Made by a program: the position numbers and the translations under genes. Positions 16,410 to 24,909 of a DNA stretch of 64,000 nt are shown piece by piece. The stretch's first letter is position 1. Every line of letters starts with the position of its first letter. The notes beneath the pieces were generated by a model. That model saw only the letters and a list, made by a program, of their open reading frames with translations. It had not been told where the DNA came from and made no database searches. This DNA comes from an uncultured Planctomycetia bacterium (GTDB taxonomy: Bacteria > Omnitrophota > Gorgyraeia > Duberdicusellales > 4484-171): assembly GCA_964489445.1 (NCBI GenBank), contig CAZAYU010000002.1:77020-141019 (forward strand), given 5' to 3'.

Positions 16410-17381
16410 ATGTGTCGGTTTATATTTAGAAGGTTGTTGTTTTTATTACCGCTTTTATTGGGGGTAACATTTCTTACATTCTTCTTGATCAAGATTGCTC
16501 CGGGTGATTTTCTCGATAGTCTAAGACTAAATCCGCAAATTTCTCCGGATACTGTAAAAATATACGAACAAAAATTTCACCTGGATAAACCGTTTGCTAT
16601 TCAATATTTAGTCTGGCTAAAAAATGTGCTTCAAGGTGATTTTGGCTATTCTTTTTCCCACAAAACAGAAGTATTCAGAGTAATAACCTCACGCTTGTTT
16701 AATACTTTTATTCTTTCGTTGTCTGCATTAATTTTTACTTGGATATTTGTTATTCCTTTGGGAGTGGTCTCTGCACTAAAGAAAGGAAAATTTATTGATA
16801 AGTTTCTTTCTTATTTTTCTTATTTAGGAATATCTGTTCCCTCTTTCCTTTTAGCGTTTATCTTTCTTTATTTAGCTACGTTTACCGGCTGGATTCCTTT
16901 AGGCGGAATGCGTTCAGTTAGATTTGATGAATTTACTTTTTTGGGTAAGATCTTAGATTTAGGAAAACATCTAATAATTCCGACTTTAGTTCTATCCATT
17001 GGTAGCATTTGTTCTTTGCAACGAGTATTACGTGCTAACATGTTGGAAGTATTAGGCTCACCGTATATTTTAGGAGCCAAAGCAAGAGGAATTTCTAAGT
17101 GGCGGATTGTTTATGTACATGCACTAAAAAATGCAGTAAATCCGCTAATTACTATTTTTGGGTATCAATTTTCAGCTTTATTAAGTGGAGCAGCGTTGGT
17201 AGAAATTATTTTAGGCTGGCCGGGTTTAGGTACGGTAATGTTGGAAGCGGTTCAGTCTCAAGACTTGTATCTTGTTATGGGGGCGATACTTATGGGGGGA
17301 GTTTTACTTGTTTTTGGAAATTTATTAGCCGATATTTTATTAGGAATTTTTGATCCGCGGATAAGACACGAGAAAAGCTAA
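16410..17381 (+). CDS. ABC transporter permease of the OppB/DppB family.
   Basis: Six transmembrane segments with the BPD_transp_1 layout. N-terminal segment MCRFIFRRLLFLLPLLLGVTFLTFFL is typical of OppB. Confidence 0.8.
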   Translation: MCRFIFRRLLFLLPLLLGVTFLTFFLIKIAPGDFLDSLRLNPQISPDTVKIYEQKFHLDKPFAIQYLVWLKNVLQGDFGYSFSHKTEVFRVITSRLFNTFILSLSALIFTWIFVIPLGVVSALKKGKFIDKFLSYFSYLGISVPSFLLAFIFLYLATFTGWIPLGGMRSVRFDEFTFLGKILDLGKHLIIPTLVLSIGSICSLQRVLRANMLEVLGSPYILGAKARGISKWRIVYVHALKNAVNPLITIFGYQFSALLSGAALVEIILGWPGLGTVMLEAVQSQDLYLVMGAILMGGVLLVFGNLLADILLGIFDPRIRHEKS

Positions 17382-17399
17382 TTTTAGAGTAGCCATGGG

Positions 17400-17560
17400 G
17401 CAATAAATAGGATTAAGCGGTAAGGATTAAGGGGTAGCGAGAAGCAAAGTGCATCGAGCAGAGAGCATGGAGAAAGAAGAGGGTAAAAATTAGAAGGGAG
17501 AAGTTTTCGAGGGGTGATGGGACGACAGGCGAAAGGACGACAGAAAATAGGAAAGTTTAT
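17400..17560. repeat. GA-rich intergenic element, copy C. It contains the tandem short repeats AGGATTAAG (x2) and GGACGACAG (x2).
   Basis: Shares TAGGATTAAG and GATGGGACGACAG / GATGGACGATAG with the copy at 23600..23720. Confidence 0.55.
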
Positions 17561-17602
17561 AGTTGATAGTCTAGAGTCTATAGAAAGAGTAAGTAAATAA
17601 AA

Positions 17603-17629
17603 ATCTGTTTTAACTTAGTTAAAACAGAT
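17603..17629 (+). promoter_or_regulatory. Perfect 11-bp stem with a 5-nt loop (ATCTGTTTTAA cttag TTAAAACAGAT). It lies 12 nt upstream of the oppC-like start, between oppB and oppC.
   Basis: Inverted repeat read directly. It abuts the AGGT Shine-Dalgarno of the downstream gene. Confidence 0.45.
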
Positions 17630-17640
17630 AGGTAAACAGA

Positions 17641-18696
17641 ATGAATATTTGGAAAAAAATTTTTAAGAGTAAAGCCGGAGCAGTTTCTTTGGTTACTTTA
17701 TCTGTGCTTTATCTGGGGATAATTTTTGCTGCTTTCTTTGCGCCTTACAACTATGATCAGGATGATGTTCTGAATTCTTACTCTCCGCCGACAAAAATTC
17801 ATTTATTTAATTTTTCTGCCAAGCAGTTTACACCGTTTGTTTACGGAAAAAAATGCGTGGTTAATAAATATTATCAGCGTATTTATTCTGAAGATAAGAG
17901 CAAAATATATCCAGTAAAGTTTTTTACTAAAGGTTTCAAATATAAGCTATTCGGGATTTGGAATTGCAATCGGCATTTGTTTGGAACGGATGAGGGTAAA
18001 ATTTATTTGTTGGGTGCAGATTTAAGAGGCCGAGATTTATTTTCTCGGATTCTTTACGGAGGAAGGATATCGCTTTCTATAGTGGTTGTTGCTGGTTTGA
18101 TTTCTTTTTCCATTGGACTGTTGGTCGGAGGAATTTCTGGTTACTTTGGCGGTAAAATTGATAATTTTACTATGCGTGTTTGTGAAATAATCATGATGAT
18201 TCCTTCTTTTTATTTATTATTAGTATTACGTTCTTCTTTTCCGGTAAACTGGGGATCGGCACAAGTATATTTTATGGTAGTAATAATTCTTTCATTGATT
18301 GGCTGGGCTTCTTTAGCCCGGACGATTCGGGGGATGGCGCTTTCTTTGCGGGAGAATGATTTTGTTTACGCGGCAAAATCTGCCGGATTAGGAAATTTTA
18401 AAATAATCATTAAGCATATTTTACCGCATACACTTTCGTATTCGCTAGTTGCATTAGTATTAAGTATTCCTTCTTATATTTTAGCAGAAGCGGCTCTTAG
18501 CCTTATTGGATTGGGAATCCAAGAGCCGCAAGCAAGCTGGGGAAATTTATTGTCTTCGGCTTTAGGAATAGTAAATATTCGTCTTTATCCCTGGATATTA
18601 ATTCCCGGAATATTTATTATAATTACCGGGATGTGTTTTTATATTTTAGGCGATACATTACGTGATATTTTTGATCCGAAAAGAAAGATTCTATGA
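17641..18696 (+). CDS. ABC transporter permease of the OppC/DppC family.
   Basis: N-terminal transmembrane segment, a long periplasmic loop, then a permease core. Its stop overlaps the start of the next gene. Confidence 0.8.
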   Translation: MNIWKKIFKSKAGAVSLVTLSVLYLGIIFAAFFAPYNYDQDDVLNSYSPPTKIHLFNFSAKQFTPFVYGKKCVVNKYYQRIYSEDKSKIYPVKFFTKGFKYKLFGIWNCNRHLFGTDEGKIYLLGADLRGRDLFSRILYGGRISLSIVVVAGLISFSIGLLVGGISGYFGGKIDNFTMRVCEIIMMIPSFYLLLVLRSSFPVNWGSAQVYFMVVIILSLIGWASLARTIRGMALSLRENDFVYAAKSAGLGNFKIIIKHILPHTLSYSLVALVLSIPSYILAEAALSLIGLGIQEPQASWGNLLSSALGIVNIRLYPWILIPGIFIIITGMCFYILGDTLRDIFDPKRKIL

Positions 18697-19478
18697 TTTT
18701 AGAAATTAACAATTTAAGTGTCGCATACAATAGCGAAAAAATATTAGTTTCTGCCCTAAATAACATCAACCTTTACTTAGAGCAGGGTGAAATATTAAGT
18801 GTGGTTGGAGAATCAGGCTCAGGTAAAAGTACGCTTGCTTTCTCATTATTAGATTTATTGCCACAGGATGCGCAAAGAAAAGGTGAGGCTTACTTTAAAG
18901 GAGAAAATATTTTTTGTTTTAAAGACAAAGAAATGGAAAATTTACGCGGGAAACGAATCGGCCTTATATTTCAAGAACCGTCGGTAACTTTTAATCCGGT
19001 ATTAAGTATTAGCTATCAGTTCCAGGAGATTTTAAAAACTCGGATGGGGATAAATAGTAAAGAGGAAAGAATAGAAATTATGGTTGATCTTTTTAAAAAA
19101 GTACATTTGGATGGTTGGAAGCGAATATTGAGTAGTTATCCGCACCAATTAAGCGGAGGTGAACTTCAACGGATTGCAATCGCGATGGCTGTTTCTTTTA
19201 AGCCGGATATTTTGCTTTGCGATGAGCCAACTAGCTCTTTAGATGTGACTATTGAGAGTCAAATTATTCATTTATTTAAAGAGTTGAAGGAAACATTGGG
19301 CTTAACTTTGTTGTTTATTACGCATAATCTCGAATTGGCAAGAGTGTTATCGGATCGGGTGGCTGTTTTACATCAGGGTTGTTTGCGGGAAGTAAATAAT
19401 AAACAAAAGTTGTTTGATTACCCCCAAGACAAATACACAAAACAACTTTTATCTTCTTTCCAAGAGTTAGAAGGGTGA
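18693..19478 (+). CDS. Oligopeptide/dipeptide ABC transporter ATPase, OppD-like.
   Basis: Walker A GESGSGKST, the LSGGELQR signature, and Walker B ILLCDEPTSSLD. Confidence 0.85.
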   Translation: MILEINNLSVAYNSEKILVSALNNINLYLEQGEILSVVGESGSGKSTLAFSLLDLLPQDAQRKGEAYFKGENIFCFKDKEMENLRGKRIGLIFQEPSVTFNPVLSISYQFQEILKTRMGINSKEERIEIMVDLFKKVHLDGWKRILSSYPHQLSGGELQRIAIAMAVSFKPDILLCDEPTSSLDVTIESQIIHLFKELKETLGLTLLFITHNLELARVLSDRVAVLHQGCLREVNNKQKLFDYPQDKYTKQLLSSFQELEG

Positions 19479-19488
19479 TTTCTAATTC

Positions 19489-20442
19489 TTGAAAAGTGGA
19501 AAGGTAGATAAATATTTATGGGATGCAAGAATGATTAATAGCATTTATAAGTTATTGGAAGTAAAAGACTTAAGTGTGCAATTTTCCCAGGGTAAAAAAA
19601 ATGTTAAAGCAGTAGACGGGGTGAATTTTTTTCTTCAAAAAGGAGTTATTACCGCTTTAGCCGGTGAGAGTGGATGTGGGAAAACTACACTGGCAAAAAC
19701 AATTTTAAAATTTCATAAACCGGCTGGAGGAAAGATATACCTAAATAGTAGAGACATTACATTAAAAAGTAATGAGCGGTATTTAAGAAAAAATATTCAA
19801 GTTGTTTTTCAAAATCCGTTTTCTAGCCTTGATTTCCGGTATTCTATTTTTTCCTCTCTTTATGAATCTTTATCCGTATTTAAAAAGATAAAAAAAGATC
19901 AAGCCGAAGAAATTATTGTAAAATCGTTAAACGATGTAGAATTAGATAAAGGGATAATGCTTCGCTATCCGCAGCAATTAAGCGGAGGACAGGTACAAAG
20001 AGTGTGTATTGCCCGTGCTTTAATCAACAAGCCTTCTTTAGTCATTCTAGACGAGCCGACATCAAGCTTAGATGTAACTACTGCTTCCAAAATTGTTAGG
20101 TTGCTTGCGAAAATACAACAGGATTCAGGCGTTACTTTTTTATTTATTTCACATAACTTGCGGCTTTTAAAGAAAGTTTCTGATTTTTGTTTTATTATGT
20201 ATGCGGGTAAGGTTGTAGAGTTTGGTCCTAAGCAGCTGGTCTATGATAATCCGCTTCATCCTTATACTAAACTTTTGATGGAAGCCTCTTACTATAGATT
20301 AAAACGTTTTAAAGATTCAAAGGTTTCTTTAAATGGATGTTCTTTTTCTTCGCGCTGCACCTACCAAGAGGATAAATGCTCAAAGGAATCCAACTTCAAG
20401 GAGGTAGAGCCAGGTCATTTTGTCTCTTGCTGTCTTTTTTAA
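19489..20442 (+). CDS. Oligopeptide/dipeptide ABC transporter ATPase, OppF-like, with a Cys-rich C-terminal extension. The start may be the internal ATG near 19531.
   Basis: Walker A GESGCGKTT, LSGGQVQR, ILDEPTSSLD. The C-terminus contains CSFSSRCTYQEDKCS...CC. Confidence 0.8.
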   Translation: MKSGKVDKYLWDARMINSIYKLLEVKDLSVQFSQGKKNVKAVDGVNFFLQKGVITALAGESGCGKTTLAKTILKFHKPAGGKIYLNSRDITLKSNERYLRKNIQVVFQNPFSSLDFRYSIFSSLYESLSVFKKIKKDQAEEIIVKSLNDVELDKGIMLRYPQQLSGGQVQRVCIARALINKPSLVILDEPTSSLDVTTASKIVRLLAKIQQDSGVTFLFISHNLRLLKKVSDFCFIMYAGKVVEFGPKQLVYDNPLHPYTKLLMEASYYRLKRFKDSKVSLNGCSFSSRCTYQEDKCSKESNFKEVEPGHFVSCCLF

Positions 20443-20471
20443 CCATCTTCCACCTTGAAGGTGGAAGATGG
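20443..20471. terminator. Perfect 14-bp-arm palindrome CCATCTTCCACCTTGAAGGTGGAAGATGG immediately after the oppF-like stop, followed by TTGTTGTG. Likely an intrinsic terminator and a member of a repeated palindromic element family.
   Basis: The reverse complement is identical except for the single central base. It starts 1 nt after the stop codon at 20440..20442. Confidence 0.55.
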
Positions 20472-20488
20472 TTGTTGTGACTGAAGGT

Positions 20489-20517
20489 GTTTGACATAGT
20501 ATGCATTTTTGGGTAAT
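20489..20517 (+). promoter_or_regulatory. Candidate promoter TTGACA-N17-TAATTT upstream of the metH activation-domain gene.
   Basis: Consensus -35 box with a weak -10 box. Confidence 0.3.
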
Positions 20518-20566
20518 TTATAGTATAATTGTTTTAATTTAAAGATATTAATTTAAGAAATATAAG

Positions 20567-21199
20567 ATGAGATTAGAATTTTTTGAAAACATTAATATTC
20601 CTGCGCCTAAAGAGAAGATTTATTTGCGTTTGGGATTTTCCAAGCAAAATACACAATTATCCACCGATGAATTCCTAAAGTATGAAGCAGATATTAATTC
20701 GGCCTTAGAAAAAATAAGTTTAAAAGGCTCGTTGGTGATTCTGGATATAAAAAATAATGATGGCAAAAAAATTATGCTAGAAGGAAATATTGGAATAGAA
20801 AGTAGTCGTTTGGCTAAATTTTTAGGTGAATGCTCCGAGCTTATTTTTATCGGGATAACTGCTGGAAGTGATATAATAAAAATGATAAATATCGAGCAAA
20901 TTAGTAAAAATTTAAGCAAAGCGGTAGTCCTTGATGCAGTAGCTAGTGAGATGGTTGATTTTGCTTTGGGTTGGGTTGCCGGACGTAAAGCAAAAGATCT
21001 AAGACGACAAAACAAATTTATTACTGAGCAAAGAATGTCAGCAGGGTATGGTGATTTTAATATCCAATATCAAAAAGTTATTTGTGAATTATTAAAATTA
21101 GACAGATTAGGCGTGCAATTAACGCAGAGCTATATTCTTGATCCTGAGAAGTCGGTTACTGCAGTCTATGGAGTTAAACAAGAACATATTAATAAATAA
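20567..21199 (+). CDS. Stand-alone activation (AdoMet-binding/reactivation) domain of cobalamin-dependent methionine synthase.
   Basis: About 210 aa with the RMSAGYGDF (RxxPGYGD-like) motif, encoded immediately upstream of a MetH core that lacks this domain. Confidence 0.55.
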   Translation: MRLEFFENINIPAPKEKIYLRLGFSKQNTQLSTDEFLKYEADINSALEKISLKGSLVILDIKNNDGKKIMLEGNIGIESSRLAKFLGECSELIFIGITAGSDIIKMINIEQISKNLSKAVVLDAVASEMVDFALGWVAGRKAKDLRRQNKFITEQRMSAGYGDFNIQYQKVICELLKLDRLGVQLTQSYILDPEKSVTAVYGVKQEHINK

Positions 21200-21217
21200 G
21201 GGTGAGTGTAGAGTATT

Positions 21218-23614
21218 ATGAAAAAAATTGATCAAATACTAAAACAAAGAGTGTTGATTTTAGACGGTGCCGTCGGAACTCAATTGCAAAAAATGGGGCT
21301 TCCTTGCGGAGTTTCTCCGGAAATTTGGTGTGTTCAGAATCCGAATATATTAATGAAATTGCATCAAGAATATATTCAGTCCGGCTCAGATGTTATTTAT
21401 ACTGCAACTTTTGGCGCAAACAGAATTAAATTGGCACAGTTTGGCTGTAAGTCGGTGCCTGAGATAAATAATCAGTTAGCGTTAATTGCTAAAAAAGCTG
21501 CTGGTAAAAATGCTTTAGTTGCCGGAGGTATCGGGCCAACGGGTGAGTTAATCGAGCCGTTTGGAAATTTAAAATTTGAAGAGGCAGTTAATATTTTTAA
21601 AGAGCAAGTTAAAAGTTTATTGAAAGCTGGTGTTGATTTTTTTGTTATTGAAACAATGATCGATATTCAGGAGGCTCGTGCTGCGTTAATTGCGGTTTCG
21701 GAATTAACGGATAAGTTTAGGATGGTAAGTATGACTTTTGAGCCCGATGGAAATACTTTGGGTGGAACACCGCCTGAAGCAGCATTGATTACTTTGCAAA
21801 GTTTAGGGGCCAGTGCTTTTGGTTGTAATTGCTCAACCGGACCTGAGGCGATGGTTGATATTATCAGAAAAATAAAGCCGTATGCGACAATTCCGTTGTT
21901 AGCAAAACCGAATGCCGGTTTTCCCAGATTGTCCGGTGGTAAGACTATTTTTACTATGAATTCTAAAGAATTTGCTAAATATTCAGTGGATCTGGTTAAA
22001 GCTGGTGCTAATATTTTGGGTGGCTGCTGTGGAACTGATCCCGAATATATTAAGGCATTAATAGAAAAAATAAAACATATTAAGCCGAAAGAAATTAGGC
22101 AAAAGAATTTATCAGCATTATCTTCGGCCCGAAAAAGCATTATTCTTGGAGATAATATGCCTTTGGTGGTTGTTGGTGAGTGCATTAATCCTACCGGAAA
22201 AAAAGAATTGAGTTCGCAGCTTAAAAAAGGTCAAATATCATTATTAAGGGATTTAGCTAAGCAGCAACAGCAGAAGGGCGCAGACATTTTAGATGTTAAT
22301 ATTAGTGTCGGTCAAATAGATGAACAGAAATTAATAATTGATGTTGTTTCTGCGTTGAGTAATGACACACATTTACCGTTGGTAATTGACTCATCGACAC
22401 CGGAAGTTATTGAAAAATTTTTAAGGCTTTATCCAGGAAGAGCGTTGATTAATTCTATTTCTGCAGATAACCAAAAGATGAAAAAATTGCTTAATATAGC
22501 TTCTCGGTATGGGGCAATGTTTATTTTGCTTCCGATTAGCGGGAAAAATATTCCGAAAAATTTACCAGAAAAGAAAAAAAATATTAATACTATTATTCGG
22601 GAAGCAAAAAAAGTTGGATTTAATAAAGATGGTTTTATAATTGATGCTTTAGCCTTGTCAATTTCTGCAAATCCTAATTCTGCTTATGAAATATTGGAAA
22701 CAATTAAATGGGCAAAAGAAAATGGACACAAAACAGTAATTGGATTGTCTAATGTTTCGTTTGGAATGCCGCAAAGGGCATTGCTGAACTCCACCTTTCT
22801 TATTTTAGCGCGGAGTAAGGGTTTAGATTGTGTTATTGCTAATCCTTTATCTAGTGAAGTTACAAACGCAAAAAAAGCAGTTGATTTATTATTGCGGGAA
22901 AAAGGAGCCAACAAAAGGTTCTTCCAAAATGTAAACGATAGATTGTTAATTATTCCGGATGTAAAAAATCTTAATCAAGTAGAGAAAGAAATTTATCAGC
23001 TTATTTTAGAAGGTCGGAAAGAACAAATTAAAAAAGCAATAAATAAAGCGGTGGCTAATGGTGTAAAAGCACAGTCTTTAATTGATAAAGTATTAGTTCC
23101 GGCGCTTGAGCAAACCGGAAAACTTTTTGATCAACGGATTTATTTTTTACCCCAATTAATTTCTGTTGCTGAAACCGCAAAAATTGTTTTTGGGCTTCTT
23201 CAGGCAAAACTTAAAACTAAAAAAACAATAGCTAAAAAAGCAATAGTTATTTTAGCAACAGTCAAAGGAGACATCCACGATATCGGGAAGAATATTGTTG
23301 CCTTGATGTTGGAAAATTACGGGTTTAAAGTAATTGATTTAGGAAAAGATGTTTCCGCAGAAAAAATTATTAACGCGGCTATTTTTTATAAAGCTTCACT
23401 TATTGGTCTTTCGGCATTAATGACGACTACAATGATAAATATGAAAGATGTAGTAGAATTAGCTAAAACAAAAAAAATAGAATGTAAGTTCTTAATTGGT
23501 GGGGCGGTAGTAACTCAAAATTATGCTAAAACCTTAGGTGCTGAGTATGCATCGGATGGCTTGGAAGCGGTGAGAGCGGCGAAGAGACTGGTGAAAAGTA
23601 CTAAGATAGGATAG
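21218..23614 (+). CDS. metH: Cobalamin-dependent methionine synthase core (Hcy S-methyltransferase, pterin-binding and B12-binding domains). It lacks the activation domain.
   Basis: N-terminal Hcy-binding barrel (ILDGAVGTQL...GGCCGT), a pterin-binding segment (VVGECINPTGKK), and the B12 DxHxxG motif GDIHDIGKNIV plus the SAL/GG motifs. Confidence 0.85.
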   Translation: MKKIDQILKQRVLILDGAVGTQLQKMGLPCGVSPEIWCVQNPNILMKLHQEYIQSGSDVIYTATFGANRIKLAQFGCKSVPEINNQLALIAKKAAGKNALVAGGIGPTGELIEPFGNLKFEEAVNIFKEQVKSLLKAGVDFFVIETMIDIQEARAALIAVSELTDKFRMVSMTFEPDGNTLGGTPPEAALITLQSLGASAFGCNCSTGPEAMVDIIRKIKPYATIPLLAKPNAGFPRLSGGKTIFTMNSKEFAKYSVDLVKAGANILGGCCGTDPEYIKALIEKIKHIKPKEIRQKNLSALSSARKSIILGDNMPLVVVGECINPTGKKELSSQLKKGQISLLRDLAKQQQQKGADILDVNISVGQIDEQKLIIDVVSALSNDTHLPLVIDSSTPEVIEKFLRLYPGRALINSISADNQKMKKLLNIASRYGAMFILLPISGKNIPKNLPEKKKNINTIIREAKKVGFNKDGFIIDALALSISANPNSAYEILETIKWAKENGHKTVIGLSNVSFGMPQRALLNSTFLILARSKGLDCVIANPLSSEVTNAKKAVDLLLREKGANKRFFQNVNDRLLIIPDVKNLNQVEKEIYQLILEGRKEQIKKAINKAVANGVKAQSLIDKVLVPALEQTGKLFDQRIYFLPQLISVAETAKIVFGLLQAKLKTKKTIAKKAIVILATVKGDIHDIGKNIVALMLENYGFKVIDLGKDVSAEKIINAAIFYKASLIGLSALMTTTMINMKDVVELAKTKKIECKFLIGGAVVTQNYAKTLGAEYASDGLEAVRAAKRLVKSTKIG

Positions 23615-23720
23615 GATTAAGAGATAAGTGAAGAAAACGATGGACGATAGATGGCGGAAGAGGGACGATAGAGAGAAAGGATAAAGGAAAAAGTAAAAAA
23701 TAGAGAATCTTAAAACTTAT
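23600..23720. repeat. GA-rich intergenic element, copy A (GATAGGATTAAGAGATAAG...GATGGACGATAGATGGCGGAAGAGGGACGATAGAGAG).
   Basis: Purine-rich. Motifs shared with copies at 17400..17560 and 25700..25770. Confidence 0.55.
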
Positions 23721-23834
23721 GTTAGAAGGAAAAGAAGCAGAAAAAAAAGTTATAAAGTAGCAATTATCTACATAATCTATATAAAATGAGTTTAATAAAA
23801 AAGAAGTATAGTATTTGAGTTAAATTTTTTAATT

Positions 23835-23880
23835 TATCCTTTATCCTTGAACCTTTAACCTTTTTATCAATCAGCCAATA
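23835..23880. repeat. CT-rich element (TTTATCCTTTATCCTTGAACCTTTAACCTTTTTATC), partner of the element at 25838..25885.
   Basis: Shared TTTATCCTTTA and CTTGAACCTTTANCCTT cores. Partly complementary to GGATAAAGG in the adjacent GA-rich tract. Confidence 0.5.
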
Positions 23881-23891
23881 ACAGGGGGAGA

Positions 23892-24842
23892 ATGAAAAAA
23901 GGTGTTTTAAAAATCAGCTGTTTAAGTATATCTCTTTTATTGTGTTTTGTATCTATTCCGATATTTGGTGCAGGATCAGGTGTTCCGGAAGAAAAAATTA
24001 CAATTATTACTTATTATCCTGCACCTTTTGGTGTATACAATGAATTACGTTCTAGGAAAATGGCAATCGGCGATGAATACGTTGATAATGCCGGAGACTA
24101 TTGCTGGCAAGGAGAAGGATGCTCAAACGAAATACCTGAAAATATTCGCTTGCAGGTAAACACTCCTGGTTCCTATTTGTCAATCGGAGAAATGACAATT
24201 GCAGGAGGTAGTGCCAGAGGTCTACATATTGGCACTACACATGACCTTAGCGGTAAAGGCGGAGGCATCTGGTATACAACAAACACTTCAGGAGGTAATT
24301 TGTCTGTTGCCAGCACTGATTATATGAGTATCGATACCTCTGAAGACCCTACCACCGGTAGACAATACCCAATCAGAATGCAAACCTGGAGCGACTCCGG
24401 AAGCTGGAAATTGGGTAATGTAGGTATTGGAACGGTAACTCCCCGAGCAGTTTTAGATGTTGCATCCACTACCAGCGGTTTTGTTCCTCCGCGGATGTCT
24501 GCTTTCCAGCGTGATGTTATTTCTAGTCCTGTAGAGGGCTCAATGGTTTATGTTAATGACCCAACAGTTAAGGAGTACAACTACTATGATGGAGTCAGTT
24601 GGCAGGCGTTAGGGGGAGGCGGAGGTTGTTATGTAGACTATAGTCGACCTGGGGGGCAACCGGTAGGAGCAAGCTGTTCAGTAAGTGGATTTACTATCAG
24701 GGCTTCGCTTGGTTCCTGGGGGTTTTGTAGCAGTTATATTTCTGGAGAGAGTGCAGCAGCTTATTTCCTTCCACCAGGTGGTTCATGTTATTCTGGTACA
24801 ACTTCTAAGCCTTATAGTTACGCTTATCTTTGTTGTGAATAG
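23892..24842 (+). CDS. Secreted Gly/Ser/Thr-rich protein with a Cys-rich C-terminal module (8 Cys in the last 90 aa, ending CCE).
   Basis: N-terminal signal peptide MKKGVLKISCLSISLLLCFVSIPIFGAGSG. The internal motif pair GNVGIGTVTPRAVLDV...PRMSAFQRDVISSPVEGSMVYVND is reminiscent of widespread tail-fibre/lectin-like exported proteins. Confidence 0.6.
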   Translation: MKKGVLKISCLSISLLLCFVSIPIFGAGSGVPEEKITIITYYPAPFGVYNELRSRKMAIGDEYVDNAGDYCWQGEGCSNEIPENIRLQVNTPGSYLSIGEMTIAGGSARGLHIGTTHDLSGKGGGIWYTTNTSGGNLSVASTDYMSIDTSEDPTTGRQYPIRMQTWSDSGSWKLGNVGIGTVTPRAVLDVASTTSGFVPPRMSAFQRDVISSPVEGSMVYVNDPTVKEYNYYDGVSWQALGGGGGCYVDYSRPGGQPVGASCSVSGFTIRASLGSWGFCSSYISGESAAAYFLPPGGSCYSGTTSKPYSYAYLCCE

Positions 24843-24909
24843 TTATTTATTTTGTTTCTTGGGAACATACTTAGTGTTTTTTTGCTTAATAGACTTATTT
24901 AAAAGAGTA

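Noticed and set aside
17099-17353. The 84-aa ORF (17099..17353) and similar small plus-strand ORFs (23947..24159, 30485..30685, 45485..45742, 46553..46828).
   Set aside because: Each is embedded out of frame within a longer, well-supported gene: oppB, the secreted protein, mcsA, metG, and the metG/tatD junction respectively.
17400-17560. GA-rich repeat tracts as a possible CRISPR array.
   Set aside because: There is no regular repeat-spacer periodicity, the repeats are short and imperfect, and there are no cas genes anywhere in the window.
20443-20566. Cobalamin or SAM riboswitch upstream of the methionine synthase genes.
   Set aside because: The leader is only about 75 nt after the candidate promoter and lacks the B12-box or SAM-I conserved helices.
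24685-24909. 5' extension of the peptidase ORF (track call 24685..25701) overlapping the upstream gene by about 160 nt.
   Set aside because: The extension is in a different frame over the end of a well-supported gene. It encodes a low-complexity peptide. A clean signal peptide begins at the ATG at 24910.
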